Source: Pedobacter sp. UBA4863
GTDB lineage: Bacteria; Bacteroidota; Bacteroidia; Sphingobacteriales; Sphingobacteriaceae
Assembly (NCBI RefSeq): GCF_002399615.1
Contig: NZ_DHDZ01000036.1
Span: 66,091 to 130,090 of the forward strand
Length of the DNA stretch: 64,000 nucleotides
Direction of reading: 5' to 3'
Positions 1 through 10,030 of the stretch are shown piece by piece. A program made the position numbers and the translations under genes. Below the pieces are notes generated by a model. That model made no database searches, was not told where the DNA came from, and saw only the letters and a program-made list of their open reading frames with translations. Each line of letters begins with the position of its first letter. The first letter of the stretch is position 1.

Positions 1-1
1 T

Positions 2-958
2 TCGTTCGATCAATTAACAAAAGGTATTGAAGATGTTTCTTGGGAACAAAAAATGGATGATATTGCCTTTGTAGATAAAGTGCGTTTTTCTAGTCTGCCT
101 TCCTCACAAGCTAAAAGTAAAACTTCAAAAGGTTATAACAATCCGCTAACCATATATTCTTATGTATTTATTCCTAAAAGTCTAGATCAGAATAAAAAAT
201 ACCCGTTAATGGTTTTGGTACATGGTGGGGTGCATGGCAATTTTGGTTTGTCTAATATTCACATTGTTAAAGAATTGGTGGCACAAGGTTATGTAGTAGC
301 CGCTCCAGAGTACAGAGGTAGCACAGGTTACGGTCGTAAATTTCAACGAGAAATAGATTATGGCGGCCGCGAGATAGACGACACCAAGCACACCAGAGAT
401 TACATGGTGAAAAACTACGATTTTGTAGATAAAAACAGAGTAGGTGTAATGGGCTGGAGCCATGGCGGTATGCATGCCCTGATGAACCTGTTTCAATTTC
501 CAGAAAGTTATGCGGTAGGTTTTGCAGGTGTGCCTGTAAGCGATTTAATTATGCGATTAGGATATATGGATGATGCCTATAGAAAATTATTTTCTGCTGA
601 TTACCATATTGGAAAAGAAGTGCACCAAAACGTAAAAGAATACCGTAAACGCTCACCAGCTTTTAATGCCGATAAACTTAAATCGCCATTGTTGATACAT
701 GCCAATACTAACGATGATGATGTATTGATAGAAGAAGTAGAACACTTAATTAGTGCATTAAAGGCGAACAATAAAAAATTCGATTATAAAATTTATCAGG
801 ATGCCCCTGGCGGCCATCATTTTGATAGGATAGATAATTACGAATCTAAAGAAGCACGTTTAGTAGTCTATAAATTCTTAGAAAAATACTTAAAACCTAG
901 CGCTCCTTTTGCGTCGGTAGAAGCGATGACCAAAGCAGCTTATTATCCAGTTAAATAA
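2..958 (+). CDS. S9 family (prolyl oligopeptidase-like) serine peptidase, 5'-truncated by window edge
   Basis: Frame is open from base 2 (SFDQLTKGIEDVSWEQKM...). Motifs HGGVHG, EYRGSTGYG, nucleophile elbow GWSHGG, DDDV acid and GGHHF His. Confidence 0.85.
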   Translation, partial: SFDQLTKGIEDVSWEQKMDDIAFVDKVRFSSLPSSQAKSKTSKGYNNPLTIYSYVFIPKSLDQNKKYPLMVLVHGGVHGNFGLSNIHIVKELVAQGYVVAAPEYRGSTGYGRKFQREIDYGGREIDDTKHTRDYMVKNYDFVDKNRVGVMGWSHGGMHALMNLFQFPESYAVGFAGVPVSDLIMRLGYMDDAYRKLFSADYHIGKEVHQNVKEYRKRSPAFNADKLKSPLLIHANTNDDDVLIEEVEHLISALKANNKKFDYKIYQDAPGGHHFDRIDNYESKEARLVVYKFLEKYLKPSAPFASVEAMTKAAYYPVK

Positions 959-1025
959 ACCAACCAATGGCTTAAGGAGTAGGGCTAGTTTAATAAAATC
1001 TGCTCCATTACCTAAAACAAATACA

Positions 1026-3290
1026 ATGATGAAAATTTTTACAAAACTTTTAACATTAATAGCGCTAAGCCTACTAACTACAGAAGCTATGGCACAAATT
1101 TTTGTAGATGCCAGTAAAACCAGTGGAGGTAATAATGGAACATCTTGGACTGATGCCTACACAGATTTACAGTTAGCTTTAGATGACCCAAACCTCATCA
1201 CTATCGGCCAAATTTGGGTGGCTAAGGGAATTTACAAACCATCTAAAACTTTTGGAGGGGCGGTAGAAAGTCCCGTTTCTAGAGACGCTACGTTTGTACT
1301 TCCACAAGGGGTAAGAATTTACGGTGGTTTTGCTGGAACCGAAGGTTTTCTTTCACAAAGAGATGCTCTTAAGGTACATACGGATAATAAAACAACGCTA
1401 AGTGGAGATTTTAATGAGGATGATGGGGTATCTACAGATGCAAAGGGTATAGTTACAGGCATTACAAATAATGGAGAAAACGCTTATCACGTAGTAGTTT
1501 CGTACAATAATACCGCTACTACAGTTTTAGACGGTTTTACTATTAGTGGAGGTAATGCAGATGGTGCGGGGAGCATCACACCCGAAAGTGGTTACGCAGT
1601 TCCTAAAAACCAAGGTGGGGGTATTTTCCTTCGTAAGAGTAGCCCTGTGTTAAACAATCTAATTGTTAAAAATAATAATGCTACAGCGGCTCAAGCCGGC
1701 TCTGGAATGTATATTCATGGAGGAAAACAAAACTTAAATCCTATTTCAACAGATTTAATTTCTATTACGCAAACTACGTTTTTAAATAACCATGCTCCAA
1801 ATGCTGTGCATGCAAACACCTATAATCATGGAGCAGGAGCTGGTGTTTTCATCGCTGCTGAGAGCGCAACTTATATTGCTAATGTTGCTATTTCAGATTG
1901 TACATTTTCAGGAAATTTTTCAAAAGGTATTGGAGCATTAAGACCTGGTGGAAATGTTAATCTAACTGTTAGTGGTTCCACATTTTATCGAAATAGAGCT
2001 ACTTATGGAGGTGCTGTTTACTTACAAAGTAATCAAACTACACCAATAAAAATTAAAAACTGTTCTTTCATCGAAAATGAAGGAACAAGCCAAGGAGGCG
2101 CAATTAATTCAAATACGAATGGTAATTTAGAGGTATATAACTCTAAGTTTATCCGTAACGAAAGCACTTCCGGAGGAGGTATTTTTACTACAGGTAGTTT
2201 TCAGACTTTAGCAGTAAGTACCTTGTTTTATAAGAACGTAAGTACAGGAACAGGAGGAGGAATTACCATTTCAGGTGCCTCAGGTAGAGTTGTAAATTGT
2301 GTTTTTTTTGAAAATGAATCAGCTACAAACGGAGGGGCCCTACGACTTGCAACTAGCGGTACGTTGACAGTTCAAAATACAATTATCTTAGGTAATACTT
2401 CTACAGCTGGAGCTATAGATATATCAAGAAGCGGTACCGCCGTAATTAACGTATCTAACTCTTTTGCTCAAGCAGCAGCAGAAACGGGTATTACCTACAA
2501 CGCTGGAGTTAGAACAGATGTAGTTGCTAATGATATCTTCGTTAATACTACAAATGCTAATCATGATGACTTTTTAAAACTAATAGAGATTAATACAAAT
2601 CCCGCAATTGATGCTGGTCTTGATGCAGACTATGATGAAGTTACTTTGGGCGATAAAGATATAAGAGGTTACAATCGTAAATATAATTTTAAAGGTAACT
2701 CTGTAAACCAAATTGATTTAGGTGTTTACGAGATTATTCCCTTAGCCGTAGTGTTGCCAGTTAAATTATCTGCTGCCTTGTCTGCAAAATCAAACGGCAG
2801 TTCAATAATCGTAACTTGGGTTACCGAAACAGAAACCAACAACAGCCACTTCGTATTAGAGAAAAGTACCGATGGTGTAACCTTTGTAACCATCGCTACA
2901 CCTGTATCCAAAGGCAATGGCGCCAATTATAGCCATACCGATTATAGTCCGTTAGCTGGAACAAGTTATTACCGACTTAGCCAAGTAGATAAAGATGGCA
3001 CCAAGGTAACTTTCGATCCGGTGGTAGTAAACTTTTCTTTACAAGATAAGGCTTCGGTAAATGTTTATCCAAACCCCGCGGTTGGCGGTAAAATAACCAT
3101 CAACTTGGCAGGAAATAAATTTACCAAATTGCAGTTGGTTAACCTACAGGGACAAAGTTTGCAATCATTAAAAATTGCTGCAAACGAAACCGAGAAAACA
3201 GTAGATATTTCAAATTACCCTAGTGGAACTTATTTTATTGTACTTAGCAACGGTGCAGAGAAGACCATTAAAAAAATATTGAAACCATAA
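1026..3290 (+). CDS. T9SS cargo protein: signal peptide, right-handed beta-helix with GGA(I/V)/FxxN (PMP-like) repeats, Ig-like domain, type A CTD
   Basis: N-terminal signal (…AMAQ); repeated GGAV/GGAI/GGGI and FxxN motifs; C-terminal VYPNP…G.Y…KKILK type A sorting domain. Confidence 0.85.
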   Translation: MMKIFTKLLTLIALSLLTTEAMAQIFVDASKTSGGNNGTSWTDAYTDLQLALDDPNLITIGQIWVAKGIYKPSKTFGGAVESPVSRDATFVLPQGVRIYGGFAGTEGFLSQRDALKVHTDNKTTLSGDFNEDDGVSTDAKGIVTGITNNGENAYHVVVSYNNTATTVLDGFTISGGNADGAGSITPESGYAVPKNQGGGIFLRKSSPVLNNLIVKNNNATAAQAGSGMYIHGGKQNLNPISTDLISITQTTFLNNHAPNAVHANTYNHGAGAGVFIAAESATYIANVAISDCTFSGNFSKGIGALRPGGNVNLTVSGSTFYRNRATYGGAVYLQSNQTTPIKIKNCSFIENEGTSQGGAINSNTNGNLEVYNSKFIRNESTSGGGIFTTGSFQTLAVSTLFYKNVSTGTGGGITISGASGRVVNCVFFENESATNGGALRLATSGTLTVQNTIILGNTSTAGAIDISRSGTAVINVSNSFAQAAAETGITYNAGVRTDVVANDIFVNTTNANHDDFLKLIEINTNPAIDAGLDADYDEVTLGDKDIRGYNRKYNFKGNSVNQIDLGVYEIIPLAVVLPVKLSAALSAKSNGSSIIVTWVTETETNNSHFVLEKSTDGVTFVTIATPVSKGNGANYSHTDYSPLAGTSYYRLSQVDKDGTKVTFDPVVVNFSLQDKASVNVYPNPAVGGKITINLAGNKFTKLQLVNLQGQSLQSLKIAANETEKTVDISNYPSGTYFIVLSNGAEKTIKKILKP
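3056..3239 (+). repeat. 184-bp exact direct repeat, copy 1 (encodes T9SS CTD)
   Basis: By-eye comparison: ggtaaatgtttatccaaacccc…ggaacttattttatt is identical to 5909..6092. Confidence 0.9.
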
Positions 3291-3443
3291 ACAATGGTTT
3301 TTAAAATTTCATTGCAAACTTATTATTGTTTTTCGTGGCAGCATGGCTTTCTATGCTGCTATAGAAAAGCAATAGTAAATTAAACTAATTCTGGTCAAGA
3401 GTTATTCTTGATAAATAATTGATCATCAACTAAAACCAAAACT

Positions 3444-6143
3444 ATGATGAAAATTTTTACTAAACTTTTAATGTTATGCGCTTTTTGTTTGTTTGCTAAC
3501 AGCGCAAAAGCTCAAATCTATGTTGACGCAAGCAAAACCAGCGGCGCCAACAATGGTACTTCTTGGACCAACGCCTATGTTAATTTGCAGGATGCTTTAA
3601 ATGCGGCGACTACTGGCGATCAAATTTGGGTAGCAAAAGGAACTTACTATCCCACTGCAAAATTAGACCCTGCAGGAACCGACAGGGATAAAACCTTTAT
3701 CCTTAAAGAAGGAGTGAAAGTTTATGGCGGTTTTACAGGCGCTGGCACAGAAACCTCTGTTAATGATAGAGTTAACATTAGTACTACTAATGAAACCATT
3801 TTAAGTGGCGATTTTAATAATGATGATGTAACAACTTTAGATCCCAACGGAACTATTGAAAGCATTACTGGCAACACTGAAAACGCCCACCACGTAGTAA
3901 TTTCTTATAATCATAGCACAGCTACTGTTTTAGATGGTTTTACCATTAAAGGCGGTAATGCAGATGGAACAGGTAACATTACTGTTGATGCCGATTACGA
4001 TTTTGCAAGAAATTCTGGAGGGGGAGTTTATGCTAGATATAGCAGCCCTATATTGAATAATTTGGTTATAAAGAACAATCATGCTCTACTAAATGGAGCA
4101 GGTATTTATATCAGTAGTGCTAGAAAAATTGAGAGTCCTAAATCAGGCGAAGACTTAGTGATTAGTAATAGCTTGCTTGAATACAACTGGGGCTCTAATG
4201 TAGGCACTTCTTTTACTGGAAGTGCGGGGGCAGGTATAGCGGTTACCGGTACATCTGGCTATATATATAAAGCTAGCTTCTCTAATCTTATTTTTAATGG
4301 CAACTGGGGTGGTGGCATGGCAGGAGCTTTGCGTGTATTTGCTAATCTTAATGCAGAAGTTTCTAATTGCACATTTACTAAGAATAAATCAAGACACGGA
4401 GGGGCAGTTTACGTGCAGTCTAATCCCTTAACCCCACTAAAAATTATAGGTTGCACCTTCACTAAAAATTTTGGGTCTAACGGAGGAGCAATAGAGGGAA
4501 ATAACTCAACAAATTTAGTTCTTGAGAATACCGTTTTCAATGAAAACAATGCTACCAATGGAGGTGGGATATATATATTGGGTGGTGATGGTGCTAGATC
4601 TGTCCTTAATGTTACTGGAGGAGAGTTTAATGAGAATATTGCTACAACTGGAGGTGGAATAAGAGTTAGCCAATCTGTAGAGTTAAACATTGATGGTACA
4701 AATTTTATAAAAAATACCGGAGGGGCTATTAACCTTTTAGGAGTTGCAGACTTACCATCTAATGCAATCATAAGTAATGCTAGTTTTATTGAAAATAGTT
4801 TTACAGAAGGTGGTGCAATTAGAACAAGTACCAACTCTACATTAAATTTGGTAAACTCTAACTTTAAAAAAAACACAGCCACTGTAAACGGTGGCGCTAT
4901 TTTTATGACAGGTCTGGCGGCTCCAAATATTAGTGTTGTAAATATTAGTGGAGGTGTTTTTGAAGAAAACTATACAGATGGAATGGGCGGAGCTTTATAT
5001 AGGGCAACCAACAGCAAACTTAGTATAAATAATGCTCAGTTTCTTCGTAATGCACCAAAAGGTAGCGGAGCCGCTATCTATGTGAGTGGTGATAATGGGG
5101 CTGAAGATTCATATAATAACATTTTGTTTTATCAGAACAATTCAACTACCAGTTCTGGCGGAGGAATAACCATAGCAGGAGCTGCTAAGGCTAAGTTAGT
5201 TGGTGCCACTTTTTATGGAAATGGAGGCACTGTCGGGGGAGCAATCAGAATGACAAGTACAAGTGGTAGTCTTAAATTGTATAATTCTATCATATATAAT
5301 AATACAGCAAGAACCGATAATACTCATGACATTTCCGATGCAGGAGCTACTGTAGATATTAAGAACACCTTGACCCAAGTTTATGGTAATGATGGGATTA
5401 ACGGGGTTAAAGTAGGAGCAACACCATTGTTTATGAGTACAACTTATGGAGAGCCGCTTTTCTTGAGACCATCAGCGGGAGTGTCAAATCCAATTCTTGA
5501 TGCCGGAGATAATTTACTGATACCAGCAAGTATTTCAATAGATTTAGCGGGTCTTAACCGTATTGGTGGTAGCGGAACGGTAGATATGGGTGCTTATGAG
5601 TATCATACCGTACTACCTATAAAACTATTAGATTTTTCAACTAAAGCCAATAACAATTCGATAGTGATAAATTGGACTACAGCTTCAGAGACTAATAACA
5701 GTCATTTTGTATTAGAGAGAAGTGCTGATGGGGTAAACTTTGTAACCATCACTACACCTATATCCAAAGGTAATGGCGCCAATTATAGCCATACAGATTT
5801 TTCACCGGTCAGCGGCAATAATTACTATAAGCTAACACAGGTAGATAATGATGGTACTAAAGTAACTTACGAAACAATAGTAGTTAACTTCTCGTTAAAA
5901 GCAAATGAGGTAAATGTTTATCCAAACCCCGCGGTTGGCGGTAAAATAACCATCAACTTGGCAGGAAATAAATTTACCAAATTGCAGTTGGTTAACCTAC
6001 AGGGACAAAGTTTGCAATCATTAAAAATTGCTGCAAACGAAACCGAGAAAACAGTAGATATTTCAAATTACCCTAGTGGAACTTATTTTATTTTCCTGTC
6101 CGACGGAACAAATATCACTACTAAAAAAGTAATTAAACCTTAA
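3444..6143 (+). CDS. T9SS cargo protein, paralog of 1026..3290 with more beta-helix repeats
   Basis: Same architecture and N-terminus (MMKIFTKLL…IYVDASKTSG.NNGTSWT.AY); DMGAYEY, LPIKLL and VYPNP CTD. Confidence 0.85.
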   Translation: MMKIFTKLLMLCAFCLFANSAKAQIYVDASKTSGANNGTSWTNAYVNLQDALNAATTGDQIWVAKGTYYPTAKLDPAGTDRDKTFILKEGVKVYGGFTGAGTETSVNDRVNISTTNETILSGDFNNDDVTTLDPNGTIESITGNTENAHHVVISYNHSTATVLDGFTIKGGNADGTGNITVDADYDFARNSGGGVYARYSSPILNNLVIKNNHALLNGAGIYISSARKIESPKSGEDLVISNSLLEYNWGSNVGTSFTGSAGAGIAVTGTSGYIYKASFSNLIFNGNWGGGMAGALRVFANLNAEVSNCTFTKNKSRHGGAVYVQSNPLTPLKIIGCTFTKNFGSNGGAIEGNNSTNLVLENTVFNENNATNGGGIYILGGDGARSVLNVTGGEFNENIATTGGGIRVSQSVELNIDGTNFIKNTGGAINLLGVADLPSNAIISNASFIENSFTEGGAIRTSTNSTLNLVNSNFKKNTATVNGGAIFMTGLAAPNISVVNISGGVFEENYTDGMGGALYRATNSKLSINNAQFLRNAPKGSGAAIYVSGDNGAEDSYNNILFYQNNSTTSSGGGITIAGAAKAKLVGATFYGNGGTVGGAIRMTSTSGSLKLYNSIIYNNTARTDNTHDISDAGATVDIKNTLTQVYGNDGINGVKVGATPLFMSTTYGEPLFLRPSAGVSNPILDAGDNLLIPASISIDLAGLNRIGGSGTVDMGAYEYHTVLPIKLLDFSTKANNNSIVINWTTASETNNSHFVLERSADGVNFVTITTPISKGNGANYSHTDFSPVSGNNYYKLTQVDNDGTKVTYETIVVNFSLKANEVNVYPNPAVGGKITINLAGNKFTKLQLVNLQGQSLQSLKIAANETEKTVDISNYPSGTYFIFLSDGTNITTKKVIKP
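5909..6092 (+). repeat. 184-bp exact direct repeat, copy 2
   Basis: Identical to 3056..3239. Confidence 0.9.
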
Positions 6144-6177
6144 AACATTAAAAAACCAATAAACTATTTCATGAGAG

Positions 6178-6206
6178 GGTCAGCTAAAATTTAGCTGGCC
6201 TTTTTT
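6178..6206 (+). terminator. Intrinsic terminator after T9SS cargo genes
   Basis: ggtcagctaa-aat-ttagctggcc followed by tttttt. Confidence 0.75.
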
Positions 6207-6224
6207 GTGCATTAAGGTGGCTGG

Positions 6225-6638
6225 TCAAGAATTTTTTCTAAAAAATAACCCACCAATAATATTCCAAAACCACCTATTTGTATCGGTTTTAGCCTCACCA
6301 CAATCTATTATCCCACTTCTAAAAGCCACAAAATTGGCCATTCTTTCTATAAAAGAGAACTTGACATTTCTTTTTGTCCAAAGCGCAATACGATAAGCCA
6401 CTAAATGCCCCCAAATTTCTGCAACGAACGACGCATTATTGATAGCTAAAGCTTGTTGATAGTACTTTTGATAATCGGTTTTGATAAGATTAACCAAATG
6501 GCTACAATTTTTATAAATTTCTTTGATACCTTTATTAGAAGTATATGCAGTAAGGTCGATACTCACTAAAGTTAACCTAAAATTTACTTTTATTGACTTT
6601 TGGCAAATGAGGTAAGTGTTTGTAATTAGCGTATCCAT
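6225..6638 (-). CDS. Hypothetical protein (137 aa)
   Basis: ORF fills the gap between the terminator and the LacI-type sites; no family recognised. Confidence 0.6.
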   Translation of the reverse strand: MDTLITNTYLICQKSIKVNFRLTLVSIDLTAYTSNKGIKEIYKNCSHLVNLIKTDYQKYYQQALAINNASFVAEIWGHLVAYRIALWTKRNVKFSFIERMANFVAFRSGIIDCGEAKTDTNRWFWNIIGGLFFRKNS

Positions 6639-6670
6639 TTAATGTTAAAATAGAAAAATCATACCGGTTA

Positions 6671-6682
6671 TCAAACGTTTGC
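6671..6682. promoter_or_regulatory. LacI-family-type operator, copy 1 (tCAAACGTTTGc)
   Basis: 10-bp palindrome CAAACGTTTG with central CG, ~33 bp upstream of the 6638 start. Confidence 0.6.
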
Positions 6683-6846
6683 ACACATATTTGTTTAGTA
6701 AGCCGTTATAATAAGGCATTTGCATGTATTTTAAGAAGAATACAATATAATGCTCTTGCCCTACATTTATAAAATTAAAATAGCTGAAGGCATATCATAT
6801 CGGTAATTCTAAAATTATATAAATTGTTAAGCATGGGCTAGTATTA

Positions 6847-6858
6847 GCAAACGTTTGC
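6847..6858. promoter_or_regulatory. LacI-family-type operator, copy 2 (GCAAACGTTTGC)
   Basis: Perfect 12-bp palindrome with the LacI-type AAnCG core, ~100 bp upstream of the GH109-like gene; a LacI gene lies nearby. Confidence 0.7.
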
Positions 6859-6955
6859 GCTATTAAAAGGAGTGTTATAATTGCTAACTAAGTTATCTTT
6901 TTAATTAATTTAACCTCAATTACAAAAAAAACACACAACCTGATCATAAAATTAT

Positions 6956-8302
6956 ATGGAAAGAAGAGATTTTATAAAAAATGGAGCGATGGCTGCGGCC
7001 GGAATTACTATTTTGCCAACTGGATCTTTATTCGCGAAAGATACTAAAAAGGTACGGTTAGGGTACATTGGAGTTGGTGCACGCGGCATGAACCACATTA
7101 GAGAAGGGCTTTTAAGAGACGATGTAGAAATCGTAGCTTTTTGCGATACTCAAGAATGGGCATTAAGCAATTGTAGAAAAGCAATCGCAAAAGCGGGCAA
7201 ACCCACTGCCAAAGAGTACACCGGATCTTTAGATGCCTACAAAGCAATGGTCGATAGAAAAGATATTGATGCAATTATTATTTCTACGCCTTGGCAATTT
7301 CACCACGAGCAGGCCATTTACGCGATGACTGCAGGAAAATATGTGGGCTGTGAAGTAATTGCTGGCTTAACGGTTAAAGAACATTGGGACATTGTACGCA
7401 CCTCTGAAAAAACGGGAATGCCATACATGACCTTAGAGAATGTATGCTACCGTAGAGATGTAATGGCAGCCCTAAACATGGTAAGACAAGGTTTATTTGG
7501 TGAGTTGTTACACTTAGAAGGTGGCTACCAGCACGATTTAAGAGAAGTGCTATTTAATGATGGAAAAAGATATTATGGCGGAGGGGTAGAATTTGGCCCC
7601 AAAGCAATGAGCGAAGCACAGTGGCGTACGCAATTTAATATTGATGTCGATGGTGATTTATATCCTACCCATGGTGCAGGCCCAATTATGCAGTACATTG
7701 ATATCAATAGAGGCAACCGCTTTACCAATTTAGTTTCTTTTAGCTCTAAAGCTAGAGGACTGGCCGATTACGTAGAAAAAAAATCTCCAGGACATCCAAA
7801 TGCAAAAATTAATTATAAAAATGGCGATATCACTACCACTTTATTAAACTGTGCAAATGGCGAAACAGTAATGTTAACACACGATACGCATTTACCTCGC
7901 CCCTATTCATTAGGCTTTAGGGTGCAAGGAACCGATGGTTTGTGGATGGATGTGAACAAGTCTGTGCACATTGAGGGTGTTTCTAAGCCACATGCTTGGG
8001 ATAAGGCCGAAGAGTGGTTTAAAAAATATGACCATCCGCTATGGAAAAAATATGAAGCTACTGCTGCCGGTGCGGGTCATGGGGGTATGGATTGGTTTGT
8101 TTTTAACGCTTTTATTCTTGCAGTAAAAGATAAAAAGCAAACGCCAATAGACGTTTACGATTCGGTAACCATGAGCGTAATCACACCGTTATCTACCAAA
8201 TCGCTTAAAGAAGGAAATAAACCTCAGGAATTTCCAGATTTTACCCAAGGAAAATGGAAAACCAAGAAAAACACATTTGCGCTAGACGATAGCGGATACT
8301 AA
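6956..8302 (+). CDS. Tat-exported Gfo/Idh/MocA oxidoreductase-fold glycosidase, GH109-like (alpha-N-acetylgalactosaminidase-like)
   Basis: Twin-arginine signal MERRDFIK; GYIGVGARG Rossmann motif; ENVCY, LYPTHG and GHGGMD motifs typical of GH109. Confidence 0.8.
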   Translation: MERRDFIKNGAMAAAGITILPTGSLFAKDTKKVRLGYIGVGARGMNHIREGLLRDDVEIVAFCDTQEWALSNCRKAIAKAGKPTAKEYTGSLDAYKAMVDRKDIDAIIISTPWQFHHEQAIYAMTAGKYVGCEVIAGLTVKEHWDIVRTSEKTGMPYMTLENVCYRRDVMAALNMVRQGLFGELLHLEGGYQHDLREVLFNDGKRYYGGGVEFGPKAMSEAQWRTQFNIDVDGDLYPTHGAGPIMQYIDINRGNRFTNLVSFSSKARGLADYVEKKSPGHPNAKINYKNGDITTTLLNCANGETVMLTHDTHLPRPYSLGFRVQGTDGLWMDVNKSVHIEGVSKPHAWDKAEEWFKKYDHPLWKKYEATAAGAGHGGMDWFVFNAFILAVKDKKQTPIDVYDSVTMSVITPLSTKSLKEGNKPQEFPDFTQGKWKTKKNTFALDDSGY

Positions 8303-8308
8303 ACTAAC

Positions 8309-8337
8309 AAAAGTGCCATCGTAAAGATGGCATTTTT
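8309..8337. terminator. Bidirectional terminator between convergent GH109 and LacI genes
   Basis: aaaagtgccatc-gtaaa-gatggcattttt. Confidence 0.75.
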
Positions 8338-8338
8338 G

Positions 8339-9364
8339 TTAACTCAGTGTTTTTACATTCTCCATCAGCTCCGATTCGATCACTATTTTGTAGAAGGCCT
8401 GTTCTTCGCCATTATCATCGTTTTTAATGATGTCTAAGAGCGTATCAATAGCTTTTTGGCCTTGTATGGCGGGGAACTGTTCTACCGAAGCTAGCGGCGG
8501 AAATTCCATGTATTCTGTAATGGGAGAATTTGCGAAACTTACAAACTCTATTTCTTCATTTATTTTAATGCCCATTTTTAAGGCATGCTTAATTGCAAAG
8601 GCCGATACATAATCATTAAAAGATACAATTGCAGTTAGTTTACGCTTATGTTTAAGCAGTGTTTCTAAGGCAGCGTTACTTCCCTCTTTGGTTAAATCGC
8701 AATTAACAATAAAAGATGGGTCATATTTCAGTCGGTTTCTTTGAAGCGCTTTAATATAGCCTTCCTTTCTTTGTCCGCTGGCAATTAAAGAAGTAGGGCC
8801 ATTTATTAATCCAATGTTTCTATGCCCGCGTTTTAGCAAATAATGTACTGCCGCTATACTGCCAGTTTCTATGTTACACGCCACATAGTGGATATTTTTG
8901 AGCGGCGGAATTCTATCAAAGAAAACGATAGGTATGCCATATTTTTTTAATTGCTCAAAGTGCTCGAAATTAGACGTGTCTTTGGCTACCGATACTAATA
9001 ATCCATCAATTCGGTGAGCTTTTAATTTCTCTACCAACAGTTTTTCACGTTCTTCATCATCATGAGATTGCGCTAACAAAACCGTATAGTTTCTCTTATA
9101 GGCAATATCTTCGATCGCACTAATGGCAGCAGCAAAAAAGGCCTCGGCCAATTCTGGTAAAATAACGCCAATGGTAAAAGTTTTGCCCTTTTGAAAAAAA
9201 ATGGCAGTTTGGTTGGGCTCATAGCCCATTTGGTCGGCGGTTTGCTTTACCCTTTGCTGGGTTAATAAGCTAATACTGGGGTGTCCGTGTAAAGCCCTCG
9301 AAACCGTCGAAAAAGATAAATCAAGCTTTTTTGCAATTTCTTTAATGGTTACGGGTTTTTTCAT
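8339..9364 (-). CDS. LacI family transcriptional regulator
   Basis: VTIKEIAKKLDLSFSTVSRAL HTH followed by a periplasmic-binding-like sugar domain (IPIVFFDR). Confidence 0.92.
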   Translation of the reverse strand: MKKPVTIKEIAKKLDLSFSTVSRALHGHPSISLLTQQRVKQTADQMGYEPNQTAIFFQKGKTFTIGVILPELAEAFFAAAISAIEDIAYKRNYTVLLAQSHDDEEREKLLVEKLKAHRIDGLLVSVAKDTSNFEHFEQLKKYGIPIVFFDRIPPLKNIHYVACNIETGSIAAVHYLLKRGHRNIGLINGPTSLIASGQRKEGYIKALQRNRLKYDPSFIVNCDLTKEGSNAALETLLKHKRKLTAIVSFNDYVSAFAIKHALKMGIKINEEIEFVSFANSPITEYMEFPPLASVEQFPAIQGQKAIDTLLDIIKNDDNGEEQAFYKIVIESELMENVKTLS

Positions 9365-9435
9365 AGCTTTTACAGTATGTACAAAGATATGGTTTTACCC
9401 GATAAGTTGTTGTTCAGCGTTTTGAGCAGGAAACC

Positions 9436-9783
9436 CTAATGAAATATTTCCTGTTCATCTCTATCTACTGTATTTATCTTTTTCAAGAAATCTGCAAAGG
9501 CAGCACCGTCATTATCAGAATAGGCGCCATAGGCATCTAAAATATATCCAATATTTTTATCTGTATCTTCTACCATATATAGCACCGAGCTGTCTGCCGG
9601 ATCAGACATGCCTTCGAACCTGTAAGTTTTAATAATGTCTAGGTCTTCTGGTGTGTAAATCCTATTCAGTTCTTTTGATTGCATTTTACCATGATCGGTC
9701 ATTTTTAACTCGTTATCTATTCCCTTCAATCTTAATTTTTCTAAAATCTGGCTTAGGGTGTTCATTTCAATTGGATGTTCCAT
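9436..9783 (-). CDS. Conserved hypothetical protein
   Basis: YRFEGMSDPADSSVLY…G.I.DAYG pattern recalled from conserved Bacteroidota small proteins; function unknown. Confidence 0.7.
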   Translation of the reverse strand: MEHPIEMNTLSQILEKLRLKGIDNELKMTDHGKMQSKELNRIYTPEDLDIIKTYRFEGMSDPADSSVLYMVEDTDKNIGYILDAYGAYSDNDGAAFADFLKKINTVDRDEQEIFH

Positions 9784-10030
9784 AATTTCTAAGTTTACCT
9801 ATCTTTAAACAGCCCTGCTGGCTAAAGGTTTTATAAAACCAAACTAATCTCTTAAACTAACACAGAATCAAGTTAATTTAAAGTTGGCAACCACAACCAA
9901 TAAATAGGGTTGTTTATAGGTTGTATTCCTATTTCAATCACTATAAAACCAAAAGCGCTAAACTTTGTTTTACTATCGTCTAATTAAATAATGGTTCTTT
10001 AAAAATCTTAATCAACTTAATTCATGAATT

